Source: Dehalococcoidia bacterium
Lineage (GTDB): Bacteria; Chloroflexota; Dehalococcoidia; GIF9; UBA5629
DNA length: 64,000 nucleotides
Assembly: GCA_041653995.1 (NCBI GenBank)
Contig: JBAZEK010000001.1
Span: 1,030,613 to 1,094,612, forward strand
Direction of reading: 5' to 3'
This document shows, piece after piece, positions 46,633 through 56,281 of the stretch; within the stretch, counting starts at the first letter, position 1, and each line of letters opens with the position of its first letter. Below the pieces are notes generated by a model. That model ran no database searches. It had not been told where the DNA came from and saw only the letters and a list, made by a program, of their open reading frames with translations. The position numbers and the translations under genes were made by a program.

Positions 46633-46917
46633 ATGCAGCAAAACTTTCTCTGTCCCATCTGCTGGCAAGAAAATACGGCCGGCAGCACGGTGTGCAGCCA
46701 CTGCCACTCACAACTCGGCGTTCTGGGCGCCGTCAATTCCAATTGCCCCCATCCCGGCTGCCGATGGCCGCGCGTACCCTACGACCGCTTCTGCGGCAAC
46801 TGCGGAAGCCCTCTGCAACCCATCTGCCCTAACTGCGGCAACAACATCTCCAGGGACTCGAGATACTGCCCCAAATGCAGCTTTTTCTGCGGCGGGGGCC
46901 GGGAAGGATTAAAATAA
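46633..46917 (+). CDS. stand-alone multi zinc-ribbon protein
   Basis: 94 aa with repeated CxxC pairs ('CPICW...CSHCH', 'CPHPGC...CGNCG', 'CPNCG...CPKC'). Confidence 0.65.
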   Translation: MQQNFLCPICWQENTAGSTVCSHCHSQLGVLGAVNSNCPHPGCRWPRVPYDRFCGNCGSPLQPICPNCGNNISRDSRYCPKCSFFCGGGREGLK

Positions 46918-46942
46918 TCATATAGCACTGCTGGAGAAGTAT

Positions 46943-47263
46943 ATGGCTGATATCCTTGACGAAGCTCAATCGTTATTACAGTGCAAGACCTGCCCCTGGT
47001 ATAAGAACTGCGTCCTGCCTGTCCGCGTGACGGAGCTCGACCTGAAAAAGCAACTCGGCTCGAATATATCTTTCTCCACGCCTCCCGGCATGGAGGACCT
47101 GGGTCTCAACCAGTTGCTGGGGGGTCTGGCTTCAGCCGCCGAAAATTCGATGCTGGAAGGCTGCCCGGTTTTCATCGATAGACTGCGCTCCAATCCCAAT
47201 CTGGCCCTGCGCATTAAAAAGGTCATGCAGGAGTGGTCGGACGAAAGCGGCGACCAGCAATAG
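46943..47263 (+). CDS. hypothetical protein
   Basis: 106-aa ORF ending 4 nt before xth. Contains a 'CKTCPWYKNC' motif. Confidence 0.5.
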   Translation: MADILDEAQSLLQCKTCPWYKNCVLPVRVTELDLKKQLGSNISFSTPPGMEDLGLNQLLGGLASAAENSMLEGCPVFIDRLRSNPNLALRIKKVMQEWSDESGDQQ

Positions 47264-47266
47264 CTG

Positions 47267-48130
47267 ATGAGCGATCAGATCAAGCTTATCTCCTGGAACG
47301 TGGTCAGCATGCGAAACATGCTGGATAAGGCCAACCTGGCGCCGGACGGACAACCACATTTGCCCTTTCTCGACTGGTTGAAACGGGAATCGCCCGACGT
47401 TGTCTGTTTCCAGGAAACGAAGCTGCAGCAGTCCCAGCTCCCTCCCGCCCTCGAAAACCCGGCCGGCTACTTCACGCTCTGGAATTTCGCAGAGAAGAAG
47501 GGCTACAGCGGTGTGGCCACATTCAGCCGTAATAAGCCTCTTTCCCACAGCAGCGGGCTGGGGATAGAAAGGTTCGACAGCGAGGGCAGGGTGCTGATGA
47601 CCGAACACCCCGGATTCAAACTCTTCAACATCTATTTTCCCAAGGCCTATTCGCCAAAGGAGGTGGCCACAGCCCGCAAAGAGGGCGCAGGAAATGCCGA
47701 TAAAATGGCGGAACGGCTGCCCTTCAAGCTGGCCTTTTACGATGCGCTGCTGGAACACGTGGACCGATTATCGGAGCGGGGCGAAAAAATTGTTATCTGC
47801 GGCGACTTCAATGTAGCCCATACCGAGATAGACCTTGCCCGTCCCAGGGAAAACCGCGAGACCTCCGGATTCCTGCCCGAGGAACGCGCATGGATGGATA
47901 AGCTGATCGACCATGGGTACGTCGACACCTTCCGCCATATCTATAAGGACGCCGGGCATTACACCTGGTGGAGCTACCGCTTCAAAGCACGGGAAAAAGA
48001 TATCGGTTGGCGTCTCGACTATTTCTTTATCTCACGCAATCTGACCGAATCGCTGACCGGCGCATTCATCCTCAAAAACGTGCTGGGATCGGACCACTGC
48101 CCGGTGGGCATAACGTTGAAAATAGGCTGA
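47267..48130 (+). CDS. xth: exodeoxyribonuclease III
   Basis: 'ISWNV', 'DVVCFQETK', 'GYSGVA', 'VICGDFNVAH', 'WRLDYFF' and 'GSDHCPV' EEP-family motifs. Confidence 0.9.
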   Translation: MSDQIKLISWNVVSMRNMLDKANLAPDGQPHLPFLDWLKRESPDVVCFQETKLQQSQLPPALENPAGYFTLWNFAEKKGYSGVATFSRNKPLSHSSGLGIERFDSEGRVLMTEHPGFKLFNIYFPKAYSPKEVATARKEGAGNADKMAERLPFKLAFYDALLEHVDRLSERGEKIVICGDFNVAHTEIDLARPRENRETSGFLPEERAWMDKLIDHGYVDTFRHIYKDAGHYTWWSYRFKAREKDIGWRLDYFFISRNLTESLTGAFILKNVLGSDHCPVGITLKIG

Positions 48131-48153
48131 GCAGGCCTTAATATAAAGGGTAT

Positions 48154-48453
48154 ATGATCGACGCCCTGCACGAACTGAAAAACAATATAGCGCGCGTAGA
48201 GCAGAGCCATCCCCACCTGGGCAACGACCTTTCATCCACATGCGACAGGGCCATCACGGAACTGCAGGAGATCCACCGACGGCAGCGCATGGCCGGGACG
48301 AGGGATAGCGCTGAAGCCGCGCCGCGGACAACCGGGACCAATCCCCTTTCGCAGATGATCGATAAGACAGGCGCCTGTATCATAAGCGGACTGGACAGGA
48401 TGGGCGACGCCATCATATTTCTCTTCGTAAAGATCGGCAGGGTATTCAGTTAG
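48154..48453 (+). CDS. hypothetical protein
   Basis: 99-aa ORF with no recognisable motif. Confidence 0.4.
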   Translation: MIDALHELKNNIARVEQSHPHLGNDLSSTCDRAITELQEIHRRQRMAGTRDSAEAAPRTTGTNPLSQMIDKTGACIISGLDRMGDAIIFLFVKIGRVFS

Positions 48454-48498
48454 ACGCCTGATTTCAATACAAAGCGGCTTCTCTGTTAAGATATTTGC

Positions 48499-49443
48499 AT
48501 GAAAAAAACGCAGCGCATCGCTGTGATAGGCGCCGGCGCCGTGGGAAGCTATTACGGGGGACGTCTGGCCGAGGCCGGACATGATGTCCGATTCCTGGTC
48601 AGGCGTGATTACCATACCGTCAGGTCGTCCGGCCTGAATGTAACCAGTCCGGACGGGGATTTCCTGCTGGCACGTCCTTTTACAGCTGCAGACAGCACGG
48701 AGATAGGTACGGTGGACTGGGTGATCTGCGCGCTCAAGTCAACCTCCATTCATGCCGCACACAAGCTGGTCCAGCCCTGCGTGGGCGCCGACACCCGCAT
48801 ACTGGTGCTGATGAACGGCCTGGGATTGGAGGACCATTTCGCCGGGTGGTTCGGCCAAGAACGCATATTCGGAGGCCTGGCCTTTACCTGTATCAACAGA
48901 GGCAAGCCCGGTAACGTGCATCACCTGGCATACGGAACGGTTACACTGGGACACTACAAAAACGATCAAGGCGAGATCGACAAAGCCCTTGCGCTGTGGT
49001 CGGGCAGCAAAACCAGCGTTGTCTCAGCGTCCTCGCTTTTGAAGGCCCGCTGGGAGAAGCTTTGCTGGAATATACCTTTCAGCGGCCTGTGCGTGGCCGG
49101 CGGAGGTATCACGACCGACCGCATCATGGCGGACGAAGGACTGCGCGCCGCTGCAAAGGCATTGATGCAGGAAGTCATATGCGCGGGAAACGCCGACCTG
49201 GCATATCACGGCGAAAAATCCGACATCGACCGCAATACAATAATAAATAGTCTGTTTCAGAAGACTTCCACCATGGGAGCATATAAGCCGAGCACCATGA
49301 TCGATTTCGTGGAGGGCAAGGCTATGGAGGTCGACGCCATCTTCGCTGAGCCGCTACGGCGCGCCCGTGAACTCAAGGTCCCCACCCACCGCCTTGCGCT
49401 GCTTACAACCCTGCTGAGATCCCTCAACCACGGCCGGCAATAG
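48499..49443 (+). CDS. panE: 2-dehydropantoate 2-reductase (ApbA/PanE family)
   Basis: 'IAVIGAGAVGSYYGGRLAEAGHDV' Rossmann motif, 'KSTS' and 'WEKLCWN' family motifs. Confidence 0.8.
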   Translation: MKKTQRIAVIGAGAVGSYYGGRLAEAGHDVRFLVRRDYHTVRSSGLNVTSPDGDFLLARPFTAADSTEIGTVDWVICALKSTSIHAAHKLVQPCVGADTRILVLMNGLGLEDHFAGWFGQERIFGGLAFTCINRGKPGNVHHLAYGTVTLGHYKNDQGEIDKALALWSGSKTSVVSASSLLKARWEKLCWNIPFSGLCVAGGGITTDRIMADEGLRAAAKALMQEVICAGNADLAYHGEKSDIDRNTIINSLFQKTSTMGAYKPSTMIDFVEGKAMEVDAIFAEPLRRARELKVPTHRLALLTTLLRSLNHGRQ

Positions 49444-49455
49444 GGCCCGAGGCCG

Positions 49456-49866
49456 CTACGGTACCGTTATGCCCGATTCCCCTGAGATAGGCACGTATCT
49501 GAATGGACCGCTGTAATCCAGACCCTCCATGCCCATTTTAATATCGTTTACATCCCATATCGAGCTGATGATCCAGACCACCGCCACCTGTTTGCTGGCG
49601 GTAAGCTTTATTAGTATGGGGGCGAAGTCCTTTGTTCCCTGTTTATAGTACTCGATGGGGCCTATCTCGTAACCCTCAGCGACGGATCGCTGCTTCATCG
49701 CGGCCAGCGAGCTCCTTCCGGTCTCATTATCGAGGACCAGGAAAGAGGCATAACTTTTGGATGGATCATAGGTGAAGCCCTGTTCCGGCAACAACGAACA
49801 TGCAAGACACGGCAACGCAAGCAGGACGAGAGCCGCCAGGGTAGCAAGAAGCAGTTTCAGACGCAT
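49456..49866 (-). CDS. lipoprotein, function unknown
   Basis: Internal ATG 49866 gives the signal 'MRLKLLLATLAALVLLALPCLAC'. The longer track ORF's N-terminal extension is antisense to a better + strand gene. Confidence 0.55.
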   Translation of the reverse strand: MRLKLLLATLAALVLLALPCLACSLLPEQGFTYDPSKSYASFLVLDNETGRSSLAAMKQRSVAEGYEIGPIEYYKQGTKDFAPILIKLTASKQVAVVWIISSIWDVNDIKMGMEGLDYSGPFRYVPISGESGITVP

Positions 49867-49950
49867 CTTTTTAATTTCCTTACCGGTATTCCGTATATTA
49901 TACAAAATGGCAGGCCTGGACGCCCAATTCGATGTATAATCGTCAGTAAT

Positions 49951-50160
49951 ATGAAAAGGGTCTACCACAACGATAAAATAACGGTTTTCTGGGATTCGGA
50001 GAAGTGTATACATTCCGGCAACTGCTTCTCCAACCTGCCCGAGGTTTTTAAACCGATGAGGCGTCCCTGGGTGGATATCAATGCCGCCGAAGCGGCGACT
50101 ATTAAAAGCGCCATAGACAAATGCCCATCGGGCGCGCTTACCTGTGAACTGCATAAATAG
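49951..50160 (+). CDS. small divergent 4Fe-4S mono-cluster protein (YjdI-like)
   Basis: 69 aa: 'ITVFWDSEKCIHSGNCFSNLPEVF...IDKCPSGAL'. Confidence 0.65.
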   Translation: MKRVYHNDKITVFWDSEKCIHSGNCFSNLPEVFKPMRRPWVDINAAEAATIKSAIDKCPSGALTCELHK

Positions 50161-50252
50161 CGGGTGACTGTCGTTAGGGACATTGGGGGCATGACTAAAT
50201 ACCTATTGATACCGGAATATCTGCTGTTATAATAAGCAGTTGGAGGTGATCT

Positions 50253-50900
50253 ATGGGAATCCAGAATGCGGGACAGGTGCTCGGTGTCGTATGCCTGGGT
50301 CTGGCATCCCTGGCAGCATTTCTCATGGTGCCGGCGCGCGAACTGAGCATACGGGAGAGGATCGGCATACATACGTTTTACTGGGCTTTTGCCGTCTACG
50401 CAGCCTGGACCATATTCTTCATGTCGGCAGACCAGGGCTGGGAAAGATATTTTTATACCTGCATACCGTTGATGCTGGGATTGATCCTCAGCCTGTTGTC
50501 CGAGCTGCAGTCCAAACAGCCGCCCATCAATATAAACGATGCCCGTCTCAAAAAGATCGCCGTCCGGACGTGGCAAAGGCTGCCTAATCACGTGAAAAGA
50601 GGGCTGCAGAGCACCGTCATGAATATACAGGAGGTCCCGGAGTGGGACGAGCTGGACGAGGAATATTCCAGGGATTCCACGGCCAGGGCAGCGCGCTGGT
50701 ATACCATCCTGCCCCTGCCGACCAGAGGTATAATACACGTATCGGAAAGCGACTGCCGAAACCTGCAGGACCAGGCTGTAGCGGCAGCCCTGGCACGCGA
50801 GTTAGGCATGGCATATCAATCCACCAAAACCCCCTTCGACAGCAACGCCATCGAAAAAGCCGGCGACGAGCTGCCTGTTAAATGGAAGTTCACTAAATAG
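50253..50900 (+). CDS. membrane protein with soluble C-terminal domain, function unknown
   Basis: 215 aa with 3 N-terminal TM helices. Confidence 0.5.
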   Translation: MGIQNAGQVLGVVCLGLASLAAFLMVPARELSIRERIGIHTFYWAFAVYAAWTIFFMSADQGWERYFYTCIPLMLGLILSLLSELQSKQPPININDARLKKIAVRTWQRLPNHVKRGLQSTVMNIQEVPEWDELDEEYSRDSTARAARWYTILPLPTRGIIHVSESDCRNLQDQAVAAALARELGMAYQSTKTPFDSNAIEKAGDELPVKWKFTK

Positions 50901-50990
50901 GTCCGGCCTGTTGCATTCGTCTCATATCAACCGTATCATGGTGACGGTTCACTATCTATGCCCGCGGGGAACTGAGGAGGAGAACAGTAT

Positions 50991-52187
50991 ATGCTGAGCA
51001 AAAGCAGGACCTCTGTCAGGGCCGTCGATGTCGACGATGTGCTTTCCGAGTGGCGTTCCAGGGCGGTCACGGTTTTAACTTACGTGGTTCTGATAGTGGC
51101 GCTGCCGGCATTTGCGATTTCAGCGTTCTCCATGTACGCGTCAAAATCCTGGGCCGCGTTTGTCGTGATGAGCGCGGCTTACCTGGGGATGATCGCGCTT
51201 GCCTTATTAAAAAAGATCGATTTCAGGTTGCGGGCCTGGGTGCTGATCACACTGGGCTATATGATGGCCGCGGTCAATTTATGGTATTTCGGGTCCGCGG
51301 GTTCCGCGCGCGTTTATCTCCTGGCATTACCCATTTTGGGATTCATTCTAATCGGTACGCGCACCGGATGGGTCACCACCGCCTTCAGCGCCCTGCTCTA
51401 CGCTGTTTTCTGCCTTCTTGACTATTACGCAATCCTCTCGCCCCGCTTATTGCCTCTCGATAGATTTGATTTGTTGAACTGGGTTACGACTGGTTTTACT
51501 ATGATGATGCTGCTGGTTATCATCGTGATCCTGCTGATACGCATGTACCGTTTCCTGATCAACACCCTGAGGAAAGAGCGTGTCCTTTCGGCCGAGCTGG
51601 AACAGACCTACGACGCGACTCTGGAGGGCTGGGCTACTGCACTGGAATATCGCGACCTTGAAACGGCCGGACACTGTCACCGCGTCAGCGCAATAACCAA
51701 AAGGCTGGCGGAGGCCGACGGCACGGGAGCGCTCGATATAATGGACGTCCATCGCGGCTCCCTTCTGCACGACGTCGGCAAAATGGGCATACCGGACAGC
51801 GTCCTGCTCAAGCCGGGCAAGCTCACCGATGAGGAATTCAAGCAGATGCAGCAGCATACAACCTATGCGTATGAACTGTTGTCCCATATACCCTATCTCA
51901 AACATGCGCTGGATATACCTTACTGCCACCACGAGAAATGGGATGGCAGCGGCTATCCGCGCGGGTTGAAGGGCACGGATATCCCCCTTTCGGCCCGCAT
52001 CTTCTCGGTGGTCGACGTCTACGATGCCCTCATCTCGGACCGCCCATACCGCAAAGCCTGGCAGGAAGAGAAGGCGATCGAATATATAAAAGAGAGATCG
52101 GGCAAAGATTTCGACCCGGCCGTGGTCCAGGCGTTTGTAAAGCTGGCCGAAGAGGAAACCGATTCGCTTTCCAGCAGCGAAGAATGA
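50991..52187 (+). CDS. membrane-anchored HD-GYP domain phosphodiesterase
   Basis: 5-6 TM helices, then 'HCHRVS', 'LLHDVGKMGIPDSVLLKPGKLT' and 'HHEKWDGSGYPRGL'. Confidence 0.85.
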   Translation: MLSKSRTSVRAVDVDDVLSEWRSRAVTVLTYVVLIVALPAFAISAFSMYASKSWAAFVVMSAAYLGMIALALLKKIDFRLRAWVLITLGYMMAAVNLWYFGSAGSARVYLLALPILGFILIGTRTGWVTTAFSALLYAVFCLLDYYAILSPRLLPLDRFDLLNWVTTGFTMMMLLVIIVILLIRMYRFLINTLRKERVLSAELEQTYDATLEGWATALEYRDLETAGHCHRVSAITKRLAEADGTGALDIMDVHRGSLLHDVGKMGIPDSVLLKPGKLTDEEFKQMQQHTTYAYELLSHIPYLKHALDIPYCHHEKWDGSGYPRGLKGTDIPLSARIFSVVDVYDALISDRPYRKAWQEEKAIEYIKERSGKDFDPAVVQAFVKLAEEETDSLSSSEE

Positions 52188-52350
52188 CAGACCATAGCAA
52201 ACCCGAGGCTATGTCGCTTCAAGCTGTTATGAAAATCCTTCTCAAGAATAATTAATCAGCCCGCTACTGAATTAGGTATGCCTACGTATTTATCAGGCGG
52301 CGCTAAGATTGTATACTTTCCACTCACTACAATGGAGGAGAAAGTATACA

Positions 52351-53187
52351 ATGATAAAAATAATCTGCGACAGCACCGGAGACATTCCCGAGGAAATAAG
52401 AAAGCAGTACGACATCACCATCGTGCCGCTTAACGTGCAATTCGGCACCGACAGCTATCAGGACGGCGTGAACCTTACTGGAACTCAGTTCTATAAGATG
52501 CTGGTGGAGGGCAAGGTGCATCCCACCACATCCCAGCCCGCGCCCGGCGTGTTTGCCGAGGCATATGAGAAGCTGGCCAAACAAACGGATGAAATACTGG
52601 TGCTGACCATATCGGCCGGCATCAGCGGCACCTACGACAGCGCCATGCAGGCCAAACAACTTGTGGACAGCAAGCTTAAAATCGAGGTCATCGATAGCAA
52701 GTGGACCTGCGCCGGGCTGCTGCTGCCCACACTCAAAGCTGCCAGGGCGGTTGAAAAGGGCATGAAGATGGCGGAGATCACCAGTATGATAAAGGATATC
52801 CTGCCTAAGATCCGTGTCTACATGATTTTCGACACCCTGGAATACCTGAGGAAAGGCGGCCGCATCGGCCGGGCCAAGGCGCTGCTGGGGGGTATGCTCA
52901 AACTGAACCCGGTTTTGACGCTCAAGGACGGTGTAATCCACCCGGTGACTCAAGCTCGCGGCCGTGCCAAAGCCGTAGATCTATTGGTTGACCTGATTAA
53001 AAAGACCGGTAATCCTGACGAAATCGTGGTGGAAGATGCCACCACACCGGATGAGCTCGAAGACCTGGCCAAACGTATAGGCTCCGCCATCCCCAACGCC
53101 AAAATAATCCGCACCAAGGTTGGCCCCACTATCGGCGTCCACGCCGGTCCGAGGATTATGGTCGCCGGCGCAATAGCCACCGTCTGA
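52351..53187 (+). CDS. DegV-family fatty-acid-binding protein
   Basis: ATG 52351 after GGAGGAG. 'IKIICDSTGDIP', 'TSQPAPG' and 'SAGISGTY' DegV motifs. Confidence 0.85.
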   Translation: MIKIICDSTGDIPEEIRKQYDITIVPLNVQFGTDSYQDGVNLTGTQFYKMLVEGKVHPTTSQPAPGVFAEAYEKLAKQTDEILVLTISAGISGTYDSAMQAKQLVDSKLKIEVIDSKWTCAGLLLPTLKAARAVEKGMKMAEITSMIKDILPKIRVYMIFDTLEYLRKGGRIGRAKALLGGMLKLNPVLTLKDGVIHPVTQARGRAKAVDLLVDLIKKTGNPDEIVVEDATTPDELEDLAKRIGSAIPNAKIIRTKVGPTIGVHAGPRIMVAGAIATV

Positions 53188-53234
53188 TCCTCCTCTCCAT
53201 CAGTCAGACTACTGGAACCTGTGAAGAATCCCGA

Positions 53235-53284
53235 TGTGAGCCGGGTGCGGTCTATGTCGTTATCCGGCTCACAGGTTTTTTTTG
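53235..53284 (+). terminator. intrinsic terminator
   Basis: 10-bp stem tgtgagccgg/ccggctcaca followed by a T8 tract. Confidence 0.7.
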
Positions 53285-53479
53285 CTTTCAGCCCTTCCGC
53301 CGCCTGCAATCGATCCCATTTCAGCAGTGTTTCGGATCAACCCTGTATTAACCCAGTACCTAAGTCATAGTACCATAGTAGTATTGCTAATTTGAATATA
53401 CTGAGGTTATATATATGACATATGTATATGAGGTCGGATGTGAGGGTCCCCTTCAAATCAAACTTATATACATGCAAGG

Positions 53480-55312
53480 GTGAGGGTGAAACCGAATAGA
53501 TATGAAAAAGATCGATCTTTAAGTGAGGCATGGGCCGGCATCGACCGCGAGAGCTGTGATCAGCTGTTCAAATCGATATTTTTGAATTCCCCCATAGGTA
53601 AATACGTTGGGCAGAACGGCAAGTTCGTGCTCTTTAATCCTGCCTTTGAAAAGATCACCGGTCATAAGAAAGACGATCTCAGGGACATGCGCCATTTGAG
53701 CCTGGTCGTCCCGGCCGACAGGGAGCTCGTCAGAAGGAATGCCGTGCGCATGCTTAAAGGTTTGCGCAAAACACCCTACCGGTTCAGGGTATGTACGCGC
53801 ACGGGCGAGGTGCGCTGGATAATCGAGACAGTCGTGCCCATCGTGTACCGGGGCCGGCGCGCCGTCCTGGGCAATTCCACGGACATCACCAGCCAGAAAA
53901 ACCTGGGGGAGTCGTTTAAGGCAAGCGAGGAAAAATACCGCGCGCTGGTGGAGAATATCAACGACGTTTTATTCACGCTGGACACCAGGAAGACTATAAC
54001 TTATATAAGTCCGGTCGTAGAGCGCGTCACCAGCTATAAAGTTAAGGAATTGCTGGGACAACCCTTTACCTCATATGTACATCCGGATGACCTGCCGGGC
54101 CTGCTGGGCAGCTACAAACGCCTGCTGTCGGGGATAGTGGAGCCATGGGAATTCCGCCTGAAGGACAGGGACGGTGAAACCAGATTCGTGCGTTCCTCCA
54201 GCCGCCCGATCTACCGGGAAAAACGCATCGTGGGGGTTTCCGGCCTGATAACCGATATAACCGAGCACAGGAAAGCTGAGGACGAGCTTGTGAGATCCAA
54301 GAACCTGTTGCAGAACGTGATAGACGCCACTCCCGACTGGATGTGCGTCAAAGATTTCGAGCATAAATACATATTAGTCAACAAGAGCTTTGCTCAGGCT
54401 CAGCACCTTTCACCCCGGGATATGATAGGCAGGCCGGATACCGACTTCTTCGCGGAAGAGCTATGCGTGGGTAATCCGGGAAAAGGCATCGCGGGATTTC
54501 ACCATGACGACATGCAGGCCTTTCAGGGCCTCCTCGTGCAGAATCCCGGGACCGTTGTAACCTGGGCCGATAGCTCACAACATATTTACGATATATACAA
54601 TATCCCGTTGAGGGACAACTCGGGAAATGTGTACGCCGCCCTCACGTACAGCCGCGACTCCACAGAGAGACAGAAGGCGGAGGAAGAGCGCGAGGCATCC
54701 ATCAACGCCCTACAGAGGACTTTGCGGGCCCTGGTGGATACCATGGTCAAGGTGGTGGAGATGCGAGACCCATATACCGCCGAACACCAGCACCGGGTGG
54801 CCGACCTGGCGGGCGCCATTGCCAGGGAAATGAAGATGGATGAGCTGCGGATCGAACACCTGGTGATGGCGGCCAAAATCCACGATATCGGCAAGATGTA
54901 TGTGCCGTCGGATATACTCAGCAAGCCCGGCAAACTGACCGACACCGAACTGGACCTGATCAAGACGCATACCCTCGGCAGCTATTCCATACTGCGGGAC
55001 ATCGAGTTCTCCCGTCCCATCGCCTTAATGGTCCTGCAGCACCATGAAAGGCTGGACGGTTCCGGTTACCCCCGGGGATCGACGGGCAAAGAGATGCTGA
55101 CGGAGTCCAAGATACTGGCTGTGGCCGATGTGGTGGAAGCCATGTCGTCGCACCGCCCCTACAGAGCGGCGCTGGGTATAGATAAAGCCCTGAATGAAAT
55201 ATCAAAGAATCAAGGCAGGCTGTACGATCCCGAAGTTGTCGACGTCTGCCTGATGCTGTTTAAAGAGAAAGGATTTAAATTCGAGGACAGGTTCGTCTAC
55301 AGGGACCTGTAG
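53480..55312 (+). CDS. multi-PAS sensor with C-terminal HD-GYP domain
   Basis: Three PAS-like segments ('FEKITGHKKDDL', 'VERVTSYKVKEL', 'NKSFAQAQHLSPRDM'), then 'HQHRVA', 'KIHDIGKMYVPSDILSKPGKLT' and 'HHERLDGSGYPRG'. GTG start is uncertain. Confidence 0.8.
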   Translation: MRVKPNRYEKDRSLSEAWAGIDRESCDQLFKSIFLNSPIGKYVGQNGKFVLFNPAFEKITGHKKDDLRDMRHLSLVVPADRELVRRNAVRMLKGLRKTPYRFRVCTRTGEVRWIIETVVPIVYRGRRAVLGNSTDITSQKNLGESFKASEEKYRALVENINDVLFTLDTRKTITYISPVVERVTSYKVKELLGQPFTSYVHPDDLPGLLGSYKRLLSGIVEPWEFRLKDRDGETRFVRSSSRPIYREKRIVGVSGLITDITEHRKAEDELVRSKNLLQNVIDATPDWMCVKDFEHKYILVNKSFAQAQHLSPRDMIGRPDTDFFAEELCVGNPGKGIAGFHHDDMQAFQGLLVQNPGTVVTWADSSQHIYDIYNIPLRDNSGNVYAALTYSRDSTERQKAEEEREASINALQRTLRALVDTMVKVVEMRDPYTAEHQHRVADLAGAIAREMKMDELRIEHLVMAAKIHDIGKMYVPSDILSKPGKLTDTELDLIKTHTLGSYSILRDIEFSRPIALMVLQHHERLDGSGYPRGSTGKEMLTESKILAVADVVEAMSSHRPYRAALGIDKALNEISKNQGRLYDPEVVDVCLMLFKEKGFKFEDRFVYRDL

Positions 55313-55453
55313 CTACCGCCTGCCGATATCACCGCCATCTTTCTAAACCACTTTGCTTTCCTCTACGTTTTAATATTTGATCAATATTTGAGCTGTATAC
55401 TGTTTATGTAAACAGCTTAAGATGGTCAATTATAGTGCGCAGGACGTAGATAA

Positions 55454-55651
55454 ATGCTGAAGAATTTGTACTGCCCCAGGTGCATGGCGCGGGTTATGTG
55501 CGGTGAGAGATTCTGTGGGAATTGCGGTGCAAACCTTGTATGGGCGGTGCGGCCGGCACAGTCAGGTGTGCCTGTGACGCCCATCAGCAAGGATATCTCC
55601 AGATTACTGGCAGACTTCGAGAAGCATATTAAATACAGCCATTCCAACTGA
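55454..55651 (+). CDS. small zinc-ribbon protein
   Basis: 65 aa: 'YCPRCMARVMCGERFCGNCGANLVW'. Confidence 0.5.
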   Translation: MLKNLYCPRCMARVMCGERFCGNCGANLVWAVRPAQSGVPVTPISKDISRLLADFEKHIKYSHSN

Positions 55652-55751
55652 AGTAATACACCGCCCGTTTAAGTTTAAGAGTTGCATAATAAGGAAGCGC
55701 TGACCGGGTCGATGCGATCAGCGCTTCCCTGTTTTATAAGACGTCAGGCTG

Positions 55752-56180
55752 CTACGGCATGGGCGGCGGGGGTGGCATGGTGCCGGGGAAGGGGCCGGGG
55801 AACGGGCCGGGGAACGGAGCGGGCCGCGGCGCCGGGTATGAACGATACGGGTAGTTATACCAGGGTGTGCCGTAGGAGTAGGTCCGGTAATAGATAACGG
55901 TGGGTTGATAGGCCGGCTGCGCAGAAGTTACATACGTATTCTGCTGCCGCAGTTTGGCCTGGGCTTCAGCCAGCGATTGCTGGGTAGTATTCAGTTGCTG
56001 CTGGGTTGAAGACAACTGCTGCTGTGTAGAGTTCAGCGAGTTGTTGAGTGAGTTCACCTGGCCTTGCAGGGCCATGTACTGCTCGCTGCTTATACCAGTG
56101 GAAATGCAACCCGCAGACATCACCGTCATCAGCAATACGACTGATAGAACCGCGATAATTGCTGTCTTTTTCATTTTCAC
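55752..56180 (-). CDS. lipoprotein with Gln-rich coiled coil and Pro-rich tail
   Basis: Signal 'AIIAVLSVVLLMTVMSAGC'. 'LNSTQQQLSSTQQQLNTTQQSLAEAQAKL'. GGAGG upstream. Confidence 0.6.
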   Translation of the reverse strand: MKMKKTAIIAVLSVVLLMTVMSAGCISTGISSEQYMALQGQVNSLNNSLNSTQQQLSSTQQQLNTTQQSLAEAQAKLRQQNTYVTSAQPAYQPTVIYYRTYSYGTPWYNYPYRSYPAPRPAPFPGPFPGPFPGTMPPPPPMP

Positions 56181-56281
56181 CTCCTTTTTCTTAGCATAAA
56201 GGAGGTGAACTCAGTATGCTTGACGGCAATCTGACAAGTTACTGATATCAGGCTAACAAATTATCGATCGAGGCTGAATTG

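Noticed and set aside
47132-47758. 208-aa minus-strand ORF inside xth.
   Set aside because: It is antisense to a complete exonuclease III with all EEP motifs.
49962-50738. 258-aa minus-strand ORF overlapping 49951..50160 and 50253..50900.
   Set aside because: Its composition is Arg/Gly/Gln-rich with no motifs. The plus-strand ORFs have an Fe-S motif and TM helices respectively. The real minus-strand lipoprotein gene ends upstream at 49866.
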